64,000 bases of DNA from an uncultured Actinomycetota bacterium. Lineage in GTDB: Bacteria > Actinomycetota > Actinomycetes > Mycobacteriales > Mycobacteriaceae. The stretch's first letter is position 1; each line of letters starts with the position of its first letter. Both the position numbers and the translations under genes were made by a program. The notes beneath the pieces were generated by a model. It searched no databases, had not been told where the DNA came from, and worked only from the letters and a program-made list of their open reading frames with translations. This document shows positions 30,288-40,581 of this stretch, piece after piece. The stretch spans positions 312,970-376,969 of the forward strand of contig CAVVUT010000018.1 of the NCBI GenBank assembly GCA_963751485.1, written 5' to 3'.

Positions 30288-30421
30288 ACAGATCGATCTA
30301 ATAGATCAAGGCCGTCGTGCGGACCTCGAACGGCAGTTTCGAAGGTTCCCGCCTTGCCGCGTCCCTTGCCAGGGTGCAGCCTGAACGATGTTGATCGTCT
30401 CGCCGGAAGGGATGTCCTGTC

Positions 30422-30802
30422 ATGAACGACAACGACGCGCGGGCCGCTCTGCGGCGCCACTGGGCCGCCTCTGACGCGAATGACTTCGACACGGAGCACC
30501 AGATCTACCGATCCGATGCGGTTCTCGAGTATCCGCAATCGCACGAGCGGATCCGCGGTCGCGAGAACATTCAGGCATCACGAGTCGCCCAACCGAACGC
30601 AAAACGCTTTACATTGCGGCGGATTCTCGGTGGCGCCGATTTATGGATCAGCGAGCTCGTGCTGACTTACGACGGACAGCCTTCTTACGTCGTGAGCATC
30701 ATGGAATTCGAAGACGCCAAGGTTGTCCGCGAGACGCAGTATTTCGGCGAACCGTTCGCCCCCGGACCGTCGCGCGCGCAATGGGTCGAACGAATCGAGT
30801 GA
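30422..30802 (+). CDS. SnoaL/NTF2-like protein
   Basis: DAVLEYPQSHERIRGR, VVRETQYF. Confidence 0.8.
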   Translation: MNDNDARAALRRHWAASDANDFDTEHQIYRSDAVLEYPQSHERIRGRENIQASRVAQPNAKRFTLRRILGGADLWISELVLTYDGQPSYVVSIMEFEDAKVVRETQYFGEPFAPGPSRAQWVERIE

Positions 30803-31164
30803 GTCGGCCCGGCACGTTGAAAGGAACTCGACTAAGTCGCGCTGCCTTCGTCGGGCGAACACGGGGCGTCTGCGACACTCGTCGGGTTTCGGCGACCGCG
30901 CGCCTGATTTCGGCGTTGCCCCGTTTGGCAGCGGCTCGCCCACGCTCAGACCGTTCGTCGACCCGTTGCAGTCGCTCGCGCTCACGCTGAGCGGTCGCGC
31001 CCTCGCGCGCCTCGAAAGGGCAGCCGAACGGTGCGCGAGGGCCTCATCGCGCTTATCGTCGGACTACCGATCGAATTCTCTGTGAACCTCGTCGTCGACA
31101 GGGTGCTCAATGACCACGACTTGCTCTAACGCCGCAGCGACTGAGAGCGCTGATGACCTGAGGC

Positions 31165-32244
31165 CTACACGTTGAACCGGAACTCGACCACGTCACCGTC
31201 GGCCATCACGTAGTCCTTGCCCTCCATCCGCACCTTGCCCGCCGACTTGGCGGCGGCCATCGAGCCCGCCTCGACCAGGTCGTCATAGGAGACGATCTCG
31301 GCCTTGATGAAGCCCTTCTCGAAGTCGGTGTGGATGACCCCCGCGGCCTTCGGAGCCGTGTCGCCTTGGTGGATCGTCCACGCCCGCGACTCCTTCGGCC
31401 CCGCGGTGAGGAACGTCCGCAGCCGCAACGTGTGGAATCCGGCGCGGGCCAACGCGTCGAGCCCACGCTCGCTCTGACCGATCGACTCCAGCAGCTCGGC
31501 CGCCGACTCGTCGTCGAGCTCTTGCAACTCGGCTTCGATCTTCGCGTCGAGGAACACCGCGTCGGCGGGGGCGACCATTTCGCGCAGCGACGCGGTCCGC
31601 TCGGCGTCGGTGAGTACCGCCTCGTCGGCGTTGAACACATAGAGGAACGGCTTGGTGGTCAACAGGTTCAGCTCACGCAGCAAGGCGGTGTCGATCGACT
31701 GGCCCGACGCGAACAGCGTCGTGCCGCCGTTCAGAATCTGCTGCGCGGCTTCTGCGGCCTCGTATGCCGGCCGACGGTCCTTGTGCGTGCGGGCTTCTTT
31801 TTCAAGGCGCGGCAGGGCCCGCTCCAAAGTTTGCAGATCGGCCAGGATCAGCTCGGTCTCGATGACCTCGATGTCGGACTTCGGATCGATGCGTCCGTCC
31901 ACGTGAGCCACGTCATCGTCGGTGAACACGCGTACCACTTGGCAGATCGCATCGCTTTCGCGGATGTTCGCCAGGAACTTGTTGCCCAGTCCGGCGCCCT
32001 CGGAGGCGCCCTTGACAATCCCGGCGATGTCAACAAACGTCACGGGCGCATGCACGATCTTTTCGGATTCAAACATCTTCGCGAGTACGTCCAGCCGCGG
32101 ATCAGGCAGCGGCACCACACCCTCATTGGGCGCGATGGTCGCGAACGGATAATTGGCCGCCAACACGTTGTTGCGCGTCAGCGCGTTGAAAAGCGTTGAC
32201 TTCCCCACGTTCGGCAGGCCGACGATACCCAGATTCAAGCTCAC
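31165..32244 (-). CDS. ychF: Redox-regulated ATPase YchF
   Basis: GIVGLPNVGKSTLFNALT, NYPFATI, DGDVVEFRFNV. Confidence 0.97.
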   Translation of the reverse strand: MSLNLGIVGLPNVGKSTLFNALTRNNVLAANYPFATIAPNEGVVPLPDPRLDVLAKMFESEKIVHAPVTFVDIAGIVKGASEGAGLGNKFLANIRESDAICQVVRVFTDDDVAHVDGRIDPKSDIEVIETELILADLQTLERALPRLEKEARTHKDRRPAYEAAEAAQQILNGGTTLFASGQSIDTALLRELNLLTTKPFLYVFNADEAVLTDAERTASLREMVAPADAVFLDAKIEAELQELDDESAAELLESIGQSERGLDALARAGFHTLRLRTFLTAGPKESRAWTIHQGDTAPKAAGVIHTDFEKGFIKAEIVSYDDLVEAGSMAAAKSAGKVRMEGKDYVMADGDVVEFRFNV

Positions 32245-32325
32245 AGGGTCAGAAGTCTAGGAGACACCCGCAGGCACGCCAGCGTGCGCTGGCAGCTACT
32301 TCCAGTCGGAGCCGGTACGGTCAAC

Positions 32326-33455
32326 ATGTGTCAGGACAGCGTGCCAGGTCTGCGGTGGCGGCCGAGCATCGCTCCATGATCCCCACTCTTCCCGGTGTGC
32401 CGTCATGGGGTGCGGTGCTGATCGCGATCACCTTCGCCACGATCGGCTTCGCTTTCGACGCCGGCTCCGGCGGCAAGGAATTGACCTCCGTCTTTGCTGC
32501 GGCATATGTCGTCGGCTGCGTCGTCGCAGTGGTAGCGGTACGGCAGACCGGCGTGTTCACCGCCGTTATCCAGCCGCCGCTGATTCTGTTCATCGTCGTT
32601 CCCGGCGCCTACTTCCTCTTTCACGGCGGCTCCATGGACGGCCTCAAGGACCTGCTGATCAACTGTGGCTATCCCCTGATCGAGCGGTTCCCGTTGATGT
32701 TCTTCACCTCGGCGATCGTGCTGTTGCTCGGACTGGTCCGGTGGTATATGGGCATGTCGCGCCATCGCAGCGCACCCGCAGCAGCGGAAGCGGCGGCACC
32801 GGCGACCGAAAGCCGGTTCTCGGCAGTGACGTCGAAGATCTCGGGCCTTCTGGCGCGTGATTCTGATCACGAGGACGTCGAGGAAGAAGCGCCACGGCCG
32901 CGGCGCACCAAGCAGCATTCGATCGAGCGGGCCGCCAGGACCGGCAAGACTGGTGCGGCGCGCAAGACGGCTGCGGCTGGCACGGCGCGAACTCGCAACG
33001 GCAAGCCGACCAAGCGCACCCAGCCCTCGCGTTCGCGACACACCCGCCCACCGGAAACCGAGATCATTGACGCCGTCGCCGACCCTGTCCCCGACCGTCC
33101 GCGCCGGCCTCGCCCTGCCCGACGCAGCGCCGAGCCGACTGTTCCGCCTGCCGAGCCGCGGCGCAGGCACAGAGCGGCGTCGACGCGCGAACCCCGTAAG
33201 CAACCGCCACCGAGTGAGCGCCGCGCCACATACAAGCGGCCAGATCGGCACAGCCGGTTCGACGGCTTCGAGCCCTTCGAGCCCCACGGCACCAACGGCA
33301 CCAACGGAGCGGGCGTGCGCAACGGAACCCACCATCCGATTTCGCGTGTGCGCTACCGCGGCGCCGACGACGGCGATCAGCATCCTCAGTACCGGGTCCG
33401 GCCCCGCACCTCCACTCGGAGGCACGCGGCCGAGGAATGGGAGTACGACGTCTAA
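32326..33455 (+). CDS. Rv1111c-like membrane protein (DUF6542) with Arg/Pro-rich tail
   Basis: Four TM helices, VIQPPLILF, CGYPLIERFP; synteny; start approximate. Confidence 0.75.
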
Positions 33456-33461
33456 CCGGCG

Positions 33462-34463
33462 CTAGCTACGGGCCGGACGGATCTCCCGAGGCAGCGCGAA
33501 GACCAGCGTCTCGTTCGCGGTCGTGACCGGCTGCACAGTCTCGAAGCCGTATTCGGCCAGCCGCTCCAGCACGCCGCGCACCAGCACCTCGGGCACCGAG
33601 GCTCCGGAGGTGACGCCGACCGACGTGACACCGTCCAGCCACGCAGGCTCGATGTCGTCGGCGTAGTCGACGAGGTAAGCAGCATCGGAACCCGCGTTGA
33701 GGGCGACCTCGACCAGCCGCACTGAGTTCGACGAGTTTCGCGAACCGACGACGATCACGAGCTGGCACTCCGGCGCCATCGCCTTGACGGCGACCTGGCG
33801 ATTCTGGGTGGCGTAACAGATGTCGTCGCTCGGCGGGTCCTGCAGCTTGGGGAACCGCTCGCGCAGCCGCTTGACCGTCTCCATCGTCTCGTCGACCGAG
33901 AGCGTCGTCTGCGACAGCCAGATCACCTTGTCCTCGTCGCGGACCGTGACGTCGTCGACGGCGTCCGGCCCGTCGACGAGCTGCACGTGGTCGGGCGCCT
34001 CGCCCGCGGTGCCGACGACCTCTTCGTGGCCCTCGTGACCGATGAGCAGGATGTCGTAGTCGTCGCGCGCGAACCGCTTCGCCTCGTTGTGCACCTTGGT
34101 GACCAGCGGGCAGGTCGCGTCTATCACCTGCAGCTGACGTTCCTTGGCCGACGTGTGCACCGTTGGCGCCACACCGTGTGCGGAGAACACCACGATGGCG
34201 CCCTCCGGCACCTCGTCGGTCTCGTCGACGAACACCGCACCGGCCTTGGCCAGGGTGTCCACCACGTGGCGGTTGTGCACGATCTCGTGCCGGACGTACA
34301 CCGGCGCACCGTGCTTCTCCAGCGCCCGCTCGACCGTCTCCACCGCCCGGTCCACGCCTGCGCAGTACCCGCGGGGTTCGGCCAGCAGCACCCGCTTACC
34401 GGTCACGCCGCTGGACGCCGAGCCGGAGGCACCCGGAATCCCCATGTTGATTGTCGGCGGCAT
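33462..34463 (-). CDS. ispH: 4-hydroxy-3-methylbut-2-enyl diphosphate reductase
   Basis: [33 protein letters not shown]. Confidence 0.97.
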   Translation of the reverse strand: MPPTINMGIPGASGSASSGVTGKRVLLAEPRGYCAGVDRAVETVERALEKHGAPVYVRHEIVHNRHVVDTLAKAGAVFVDETDEVPEGAIVVFSAHGVAPTVHTSAKERQLQVIDATCPLVTKVHNEAKRFARDDYDILLIGHEGHEEVVGTAGEAPDHVQLVDGPDAVDDVTVRDEDKVIWLSQTTLSVDETMETVKRLRERFPKLQDPPSDDICYATQNRQVAVKAMAPECQLVIVVGSRNSSNSVRLVEVALNAGSDAAYLVDYADDIEPAWLDGVTSVGVTSGASVPEVLVRGVLERLAEYGFETVQPVTTANETLVFALPREIRPARS

Positions 34464-34517
34464 GGTTCCAAGGGTACTGATCCGCGCTGCCCGGAAGCCA
34501 GCCGTAGGCTGGGGCCC

Positions 34518-35072
34518 ATGGCTACCGCACCGTACGGGGTCCGTCTGCTGGTCGGAGTGGCGGTGACCGCGCTCGAGGAAACTCGCAAGCTTCCGCAGAC
34601 CATCCTGACCTACCCGATGACCATCGCAAGCCAGCTCGCGCACCTCGTGATGAGGGTGCAGCAGGACGTCGCCGACCTGGTCAACAAGGGCGACGAGACG
34701 CTCGAGTCGTTGTTCCCGCCGAAGGACGAGCAACCCGAGTGGGCGACCTTCGACGAGGATCTGACCGACGAGATCCCCGAGCCCGCCGCTCTGGACGGCG
34801 AACGCCTCACCGAGGGCCGGTTCGCGCTGTTCACCGCCGGTGAACCCGACACGCAGACCGACGACCAGACCGCGCCGGTGACGACCGACGCGCCCGAGGT
34901 GGTCAAGCGCCTTGACTACGAAACGCTGACGCTCGCCCAGCTGCGGGCCCGGCTGACCTCGTTGCGGGTCGCCGACCTCGAAGAGCTGCTGGCGTACGAG
35001 GAGTCCACCAAGTCCAGGGCGCCGTTCGAGACTCTGCTGGCCAACAGGATCACCCGCGCGTCCGCAAGGTGA
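34518..35072 (+). CDS. Lipid droplet-associated protein (Rv1109c-like)
   Basis: [13 protein letters not shown]..., C-terminal [10 protein letters not shown]; synteny. Confidence 0.85.
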   Translation: MATAPYGVRLLVGVAVTALEETRKLPQTILTYPMTIASQLAHLVMRVQQDVADLVNKGDETLESLFPPKDEQPEWATFDEDLTDEIPEPAALDGERLTEGRFALFTAGEPDTQTDDQTAPVTTDAPEVVKRLDYETLTLAQLRARLTSLRVADLEELLAYEESTKSRAPFETLLANRITRASAR

Positions 35073-36298
35073 CCGAGGCCGAGCAAGGCAAGTCCCCCGA
35101 CAACCCCTGGCCGGTGCGGGCGGTCGCCACTCGCCTCGCCAAGTACATCGACCGGCTCGGCATGGTCTGGATCGAAGGCCAGCTGACCGAGCTGAAGCTG
35201 CGCCAGTCCACCGCCTGGATGGTGCTGCGGGACCCCGCAGCGGACATGTCGCTGTCGGTCAGCTGCCCAAGCCACCTGGTCGCTAACGCGCCGGTGCCGC
35301 TGTCGGAAGGCACGCAGGTGATCATGCTCTGCAAGCCGCAGTTCTATACCCGCAACGGCTCATTCAGCTTGCGCGTCAGCGAGATTCGCGCTGTCGGCGT
35401 CGGCGAGTTGCTGGCGCGAATCGACCGGCTGCGTAAGCTGCTGGACGCCGAGGGCCTGTTCGACCCGCGACTCAAGCGGCCAATTCCCTTCCTGCCCAAC
35501 ACTATCGGGCTCATCACCGGGCGAGCCAGCGCCGCAGAGCGCGACGTGATGACGGTCGCGATGGGACGGTGGCCTGCCGTCCGGTTCACGGTGCGCAACA
35601 CTGTGGTCCAGGGACCGAACGCCGTTCCTCAAATCGTGGAGGCACTGCGCGAACTCGACGCCGACCCGGTAGTCGATGTCATCGTCGTGGCCCGTGGCGG
35701 CGGCAGCGTCGAGGACCTGCTGCCGTTCTCCGACGAGACGCTGTGCCGGGCGATTTCGGCATGCACCACCCCGGTGGTCAGCGCCGTCGGCCACGAGCCG
35801 GACAACCCGCTGTGCGATCTCGTCGCCGATCTGCGGGCGGCCACCCCGACCGATGCCGCAAAGCGCATCGTTCCCGACACCGCGGCTGAACAGGCCCTGC
35901 TGCTGGATCTGCGCCGGCGCAGCGCGCGGGCACTGCGCAACTGGGTGCACCGCGAGCAACACCACCTGGACCAGCTGCGCAGCAGGCCGGTACTGGCCCA
36001 ACCGCTGGCGGCGCTCACCGCGCGGGCCGAGGAGGTCGACCGCGCCAGGTCCGCAGGACGCCGCGACATCACGCGACTGCTGGCCACCGAGTCGGACCGG
36101 ATCGGCCACCTGTCGGCCAGGCTGGGCACACTGGGACCCGCCGCCACCTTGGCGCGCGGATACGCGGTGGTGCAGACGGTGTCTGCCGCGGGTCGCGCCG
36201 GTGTGCTGCACACCGTGGCCGACGCGCCCGCCGGGACCCGGTTGCGGGTACGGGTGTCCGATGGCGCTGTCACAGCGGTCAGCGAAGGGAGCGAATGA
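35069..36298 (+). CDS. xseA: Exodeoxyribonuclease VII large subunit
   Basis: [24 protein letters not shown]. Confidence 0.96.
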   Translation: MTEAEQGKSPDNPWPVRAVATRLAKYIDRLGMVWIEGQLTELKLRQSTAWMVLRDPAADMSLSVSCPSHLVANAPVPLSEGTQVIMLCKPQFYTRNGSFSLRVSEIRAVGVGELLARIDRLRKLLDAEGLFDPRLKRPIPFLPNTIGLITGRASAAERDVMTVAMGRWPAVRFTVRNTVVQGPNAVPQIVEALRELDADPVVDVIVVARGGGSVEDLLPFSDETLCRAISACTTPVVSAVGHEPDNPLCDLVADLRAATPTDAAKRIVPDTAAEQALLLDLRRRSARALRNWVHREQHHLDQLRSRPVLAQPLAALTARAEEVDRARSAGRRDITRLLATESDRIGHLSARLGTLGPAATLARGYAVVQTVSAAGRAGVLHTVADAPAGTRLRVRVSDGAVTAVSEGSE

Positions 36299-36531
36299 AG
36301 CCTATTAGTCAGCTGGGGTATGAAGAAGCGCGCGATGAGCTGATCGAGGTGGTGCGCCAGCTCGAGCAGGGCGGGCTGGACCTGGATGCATCGCTAAAAC
36401 TCTGGGAAAGAGGCGAAGAACTGGCTAAACGATGCGAAGAGCAGTTAGCTGGTGCCCGTAAGCGCATCGAGGACGCACTGGCCGCCGGCGACGCAAGAAG
36501 AAAGTTGACCAGGAAAACAGTTTCGCCATAG
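36295..36531 (+). CDS. xseB: Exodeoxyribonuclease VII small subunit (C-terminus possibly extended by an indel)
   Basis: [32 protein letters not shown]. Confidence 0.93.
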   Translation: MKPISQLGYEEARDELIEVVRQLEQGGLDLDASLKLWERGEELAKRCEEQLAGARKRIEDALAAGDARRKLTRKTVSP

Positions 36532-36542
36532 GGGATCGAAAC

Positions 36543-36556
36543 TGGAACACGTTTCA
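36543..36556. promoter_or_regulatory. KstR operator TGGAACACGTTTCA
   Basis: Fits TnnAACnnGTTnnA, 14 nt upstream of the 3beta-HSD start. Confidence 0.8.
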
Positions 36557-36570
36557 TTTATGCTCGCCGC

Positions 36571-37683
36571 ATGGGTGATGCAACGCTGACGACCGAACTC
36601 GGCCATGTCCTGGTCACCGGCGGCTCCGGCTTCGTCGGGGCCAACCTGGTAGCCGAGCTGCTCGAGCAGGGCCACCACGTGCGCTCCTTCGACCGCGCGC
36701 CGTCTCCGCTGCCCGACCATCCGCGGCTGCAGGTCGTCCAGGGCGACATCTGCGACAAGGCCACCGTCGCCTCCGCCGTCGAGGGCATCGACACCGTCTT
36801 TCACACCGCGGCGATCATCGAGCTGATGGGCGGATCATCGGTCACCGACGAGTACCGTCAGCGCAGCTTCGACGTCAACGTCGGCGGCACCGAGAATCTG
36901 GTCGAGACCGCCCGCGGCGCAGGCGTGAAGCGGTTCGTCTACACCGCATCCAACAGCGTGGTGATGGGCGGCAAGCGCATCTCCGGCGGCGACGAAACCC
37001 TCCCCTACACCGAACGGTTCAACGACCTCTACACCGAAACCAAGGTGGTCGCCGAGCGATTCGTGTTGTCGCAGAACGGTGTCGGCGGCATGCTCACGTG
37101 CTCGATCCGGCCCAGCGGCATCTGGGGCCGTGGCGATCAGACGATGTTTCGCCGGGTGTTCGAGAGCGTTCTGGCCGGCCACGTCAAGGTCTTGGTCGGG
37201 AGCAGCAACGTCAAGCTGGACAACTCCTACGTGCACAACCTGATCCACGGATTCATCCTGGCCGGCCAGCATCTGGTCCCTGGCGGGACGGCGCCGGGGC
37301 AGGCGTACTTCATCAACGACGACGATCCGATCAACATGTTCGAGTTCTCCCGGCCCGTCGTCGAGGCGTGTGGTCAGCCGTGGCCGAAGCTGCGGGTGCC
37401 TGGGCGGCTGGTCTGGTTCGTGATGACGGTGTGGCAGTTCCTGCACTTCCGCTTCGGGCTGCCCAAACCACTGCTGGAGCCACTCGCGGTCGAGCGGCTG
37501 TACCTCGACAACTACTTCTCGATCGCCAAGGCGGAGCGTGATCTCGGCTACCGGCCGCTGTTCACCACCGAGGCGGCGATGCGCGACTGCCTGCCCTACT
37601 ACGTGGAGCTCTTCGACCAGATGAAGGCGCAGACGCACGACGAGCAGCCGTTCACGGCCGTCGCGCCGAGCCCAGCGGTCTGA
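36571..37683 (+). CDS. hsd: 3-beta-hydroxysteroid dehydrogenase/isomerase (Rv1106c-like)
   Basis: VTGGSGFVG, YTETK, IRPSGIWG, DNSYVHNL; synteny after xseB. Confidence 0.9.
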   Translation: MGDATLTTELGHVLVTGGSGFVGANLVAELLEQGHHVRSFDRAPSPLPDHPRLQVVQGDICDKATVASAVEGIDTVFHTAAIIELMGGSSVTDEYRQRSFDVNVGGTENLVETARGAGVKRFVYTASNSVVMGGKRISGGDETLPYTERFNDLYTETKVVAERFVLSQNGVGGMLTCSIRPSGIWGRGDQTMFRRVFESVLAGHVKVLVGSSNVKLDNSYVHNLIHGFILAGQHLVPGGTAPGQAYFINDDDPINMFEFSRPVVEACGQPWPKLRVPGRLVWFVMTVWQFLHFRFGLPKPLLEPLAVERLYLDNYFSIAKAERDLGYRPLFTTEAAMRDCLPYYVELFDQMKAQTHDEQPFTAVAPSPAV

Positions 37684-37698
37684 ACGGGCCGATCGCCG

Positions 37699-37977
37699 TC
37701 AGTTGGTCAGGTGGACCGGATGACGCGTGACCGCCTCGATCCGCGCGCCCGCGCGGTGAAGTAGGTCCGACCCCAGAGCTATCAACGCACGGGCCGCGGC
37801 GATCTCTTCGCCGATCATCGGCTGGCTGATGTCCCTGGGATTGCGAAACGCATCGCCGATCGCCATCAACTCAACGTCGTCACCTAGTCGCGCCCGGACC
37901 GTCGCATGCGTGTGCGTGTCGTCCTCGTCGAACTGGATGTCGATATGCCAATCGTTGTCCAAGAATTTGTCATACAT
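37699..37977 (-). CDS. DUF1876 / Rv2632c-like small protein
   Basis: IQFDEDDTHTHATV...IGEEIAAARAL. Confidence 0.75.
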   Translation of the reverse strand: MYDKFLDNDWHIDIQFDEDDTHTHATVRARLGDDVELMAIGDAFRNPRDISQPMIGEEIAAARALIALGSDLLHRAGARIEAVTRHPVHLTN

Positions 37978-38142
37978 GCGCTAACCCTTCCCGCCCTATA
38001 GAGTGCGCCGCGCAGGCGCTCCGCGCCCATGGTTCCGTAAATTTTCGCTGGCAGCGTGATGAAGCCACTCCGTCCGTACTCGGGCCGCAATAGGGTCGAA
38101 CCGCACGGTTGATTCGGTCGGGACAGAGCGAAGGGGCACAGC

Positions 38143-39684
38143 ATGCCTGGCGACAAACCCAACATCTTGGTCATCTGGGGCGACGACATCGGTATCAGCA
38201 ACCTGAGTTGCTACAGCGACGGCATGATGGGCTACCGAACACCCAACATCGACCGAATCGCCAACGAAGGCATGCGATTTACCGATTCGTATGGTGAGCA
38301 AAGCTGCACGGCGGGCCGCGCGGCGTTCATCAGTGGACAAAGCGTGTATCGCACCGGAATGAGCAAGGTCGGCGTGCCGGGTGTGGATATTGGCTGGGCC
38401 GCCGAGGATCCCACCATCGCCGAAATGCTCAAACCGCTGGGCTACGCGACCGGCCAGTTCGGCAAGAACCACTTCGGCGACCTGAACAAATACCTGCCGA
38501 CCGTGCACGGGTTCGACGAGTTCTACGGCAACCTCTATCACCTCAACGCCGAAGAAGAACCGGAGCAGTTCGACTACCCGCACAAGGACCAGTTCCCCAG
38601 GCTCTACGAACTGGCTCTGCCTCGCGGCGTGCTCAAGTGCGAGGCTACCGATGAGGTGTCCGGCGAACCCGAAGATCCGAAGTTCGGACCCGTCGGCAAG
38701 CAGACCATCGAGGACACCGGACCGCTGACCACCAAGCGGATGGAGACAATCGACGACGACATCGCCGACCGCACCGTCGATTACATCAAGCGCCAGCACG
38801 ACGCGGGCAACCCGTTCTTCGTCTGGTGCAACTTCACCCACATGCACCTGTACACACACCTGAAGCCAGGCAGTAAGGGCCAGGCCGGGATGTGGCAGTC
38901 CGAGTATCACGACGCGATGGTCGACCACGACAAGAACGTGGGCACGGTGCTCGACGCGCTCGACGAACTCGGCATCGCCGACGACACCATCGTCATCTAT
39001 TCCACCGATAACGGCCCGCACCGCAACAGCTGGCCCGACGCGGGCACCACCCCCTTCCGCAGTGAGAAGAACACCAATTGGGAGGGCGCTTACCGGGTAC
39101 CGGAGTTGATCCGCTGGCCCGGAAAGATCAAGGCGGGCAGCATTTCCAATGACATCATCCAGCACCACGACTGGCTTCCGACACTGCTCGCCGCCGCAGG
39201 CGACCCTGACGTCAGCGACAAGCTGAAGAAGGGTTACCAAGTAGGTGATGTCGAATACAAGGTGCACATCGACGGGTTCAACCTGCTGCCGTACCTGATG
39301 GGCGAGGTCGAACACAGCCCGCGGCGTGGGTTCTTCTACTTCAACGACGACGCGCAACTCGTGGCCATGCGCTTCGAGAACTGGAAGATCGTGTTCGCCG
39401 AGCAGCGCTGCCAGGGCACGCTGCGAACGTGGGCCGAGCCGTTCACCGAGCTGCGGATACCCAAGCTGTTCAACCTGCGCACCGACCCGTTCGAGTACGC
39501 CGACATCACGTCGAACACCTACTACGAATGGTTCCTTCGGCGCGACTTTTTCGTGTTCTATGCGACGGCGATGGCGTCGGCGTTCCTCGACACGTTCAAG
39601 GAATTTCCGCCCCGGCACGAGCCGGCCAGCTTCAGCATCGATCAGATCGTCAAGAAGCTCAACGAGTTCTTGGCGGGCGACTAG
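38143..39684 (+). CDS. Formylglycine-dependent arylsulfatase
   Basis: PNILVIWGDDIG, SCTAGRAAF (CxAxR), GKNHFG, STDNGP. Confidence 0.93.
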   Translation: MPGDKPNILVIWGDDIGISNLSCYSDGMMGYRTPNIDRIANEGMRFTDSYGEQSCTAGRAAFISGQSVYRTGMSKVGVPGVDIGWAAEDPTIAEMLKPLGYATGQFGKNHFGDLNKYLPTVHGFDEFYGNLYHLNAEEEPEQFDYPHKDQFPRLYELALPRGVLKCEATDEVSGEPEDPKFGPVGKQTIEDTGPLTTKRMETIDDDIADRTVDYIKRQHDAGNPFFVWCNFTHMHLYTHLKPGSKGQAGMWQSEYHDAMVDHDKNVGTVLDALDELGIADDTIVIYSTDNGPHRNSWPDAGTTPFRSEKNTNWEGAYRVPELIRWPGKIKAGSISNDIIQHHDWLPTLLAAAGDPDVSDKLKKGYQVGDVEYKVHIDGFNLLPYLMGEVEHSPRRGFFYFNDDAQLVAMRFENWKIVFAEQRCQGTLRTWAEPFTELRIPKLFNLRTDPFEYADITSNTYYEWFLRRDFFVFYATAMASAFLDTFKEFPPRHEPASFSIDQIVKKLNEFLAGD

Positions 39685-40581
39685 ATGCTGGAGTCGTGGC
39701 ATGACGGACCCACGAAGTCGGCGATCGTCGACTTCGTCGGCCGCGTCAACAACGACGTCCCCCCCGAGCAGCGTGTCGCCGTCTTCGACAACGACGGCAC
39801 CCTGTGGTGCGAGAAGCCGGCCTACATCCAACTGGACTTCCTGGTCCGCAGGCTGGCTGAACAAGCGGCCGCCGACTCGTCGCTGAAGGACAAGCAGCCC
39901 TACAGAGCCGCGGCCGAGGGTGATCTGGCCTGGTTCGGGGACGCTGTCACCAAGCATTACACCGGCGACGACTCTGCAATGGAAGTGCTTGCCGCAGGGA
40001 TATTTTCGGCATATGCCGGGCTGACGGTCGAGGAGCATGCCGAGCGGGTGAAGGCGTTCTTCGCCGACGGGAAGCATCCCACCCTGGGCCGTCCGTACAC
40101 CTCTTGCGGCTACCTACCGATGGTCGAGTTGCTTCGCTATCTCGAGTCCAACGGCTTCACCAACTACATCGCCTCCGGCGGTGGCCGCGATTTCATGCGG
40201 CCCGTCACCACGCAGATGTACGGCATTCCGCCGGAACGGGTGATCGGCAGTTCGGTGGGCCTGGACTACGTCGACGGTCACCTGAAGACCACCGCCAAGC
40301 CGGAGTTTCTGGACGACGGCCCGGTCAAGCCGGTGCGGATCTGGGGGCGCACAGGGCGCCGCCCGATATTCGCGGCTGGCAATTCCAACGGCGATATTCA
40401 GATGCTCGAACACACCGCCTCAGGCCCGGGGCCGTCGCTGTGCATGCTGGTGTTGCACGACGACGCCGATCGCGAATTCGACTATGTCGCAGGCGCGGAG
40501 AAGTCGCTCGATGAGGCGAAGTCGAACGGCTGGAACGTCGTCAGCATGAAGAACGACTGGACGACCGTCTTCAGTGACTGA
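39685..40581 (+). CDS. HAD-family hydrolase/phosphatase
   Basis: FDNDGTLW, SGGGRDF, GNSNGDIQML. Confidence 0.88.
   Translation: MLESWHDGPTKSAIVDFVGRVNNDVPPEQRVAVFDNDGTLWCEKPAYIQLDFLVRRLAEQAAADSSLKDKQPYRAAAEGDLAWFGDAVTKHYTGDDSAMEVLAAGIFSAYAGLTVEEHAERVKAFFADGKHPTLGRPYTSCGYLPMVELLRYLESNGFTNYIASGGGRDFMRPVTTQMYGIPPERVIGSSVGLDYVDGHLKTTAKPEFLDDGPVKPVRIWGRTGRRPIFAAGNSNGDIQMLEHTASGPGPSLCMLVLHDDADREFDYVAGAEKSLDEAKSNGWNVVSMKNDWTTVFSD

Larger units (their letters stand above)
28626..31207. mobile_element. Integrase-less islet at the ychF 3' end, bounded by a direct repeat
   Basis: CGGAACTCGACCACGTC(G/A)CCGTCGG at 28626-28650 and 31178-31202 (24/25 identical); the second copy lies within the ychF 3' end. 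Confidence 0.6.

Noticed and set aside
30291-30309. Palindrome GATCTAATAGATC upstream of the LLM gene
   Set aside because: Short, with no cognate regulator in the islet; cannot be distinguished from chance
30803-31164. Integrase or transposase remnant next to ychF
   Set aside because: No tyrosine/serine recombinase or DDE motifs found; only an unassigned fragment (...LIALIVGLPIEFSVNLVVDRVLNDHDLL*)
37996-40077. 693-aa minus-strand ORF
   Set aside because: Antisense shadow of the sulfatase/HAD genes
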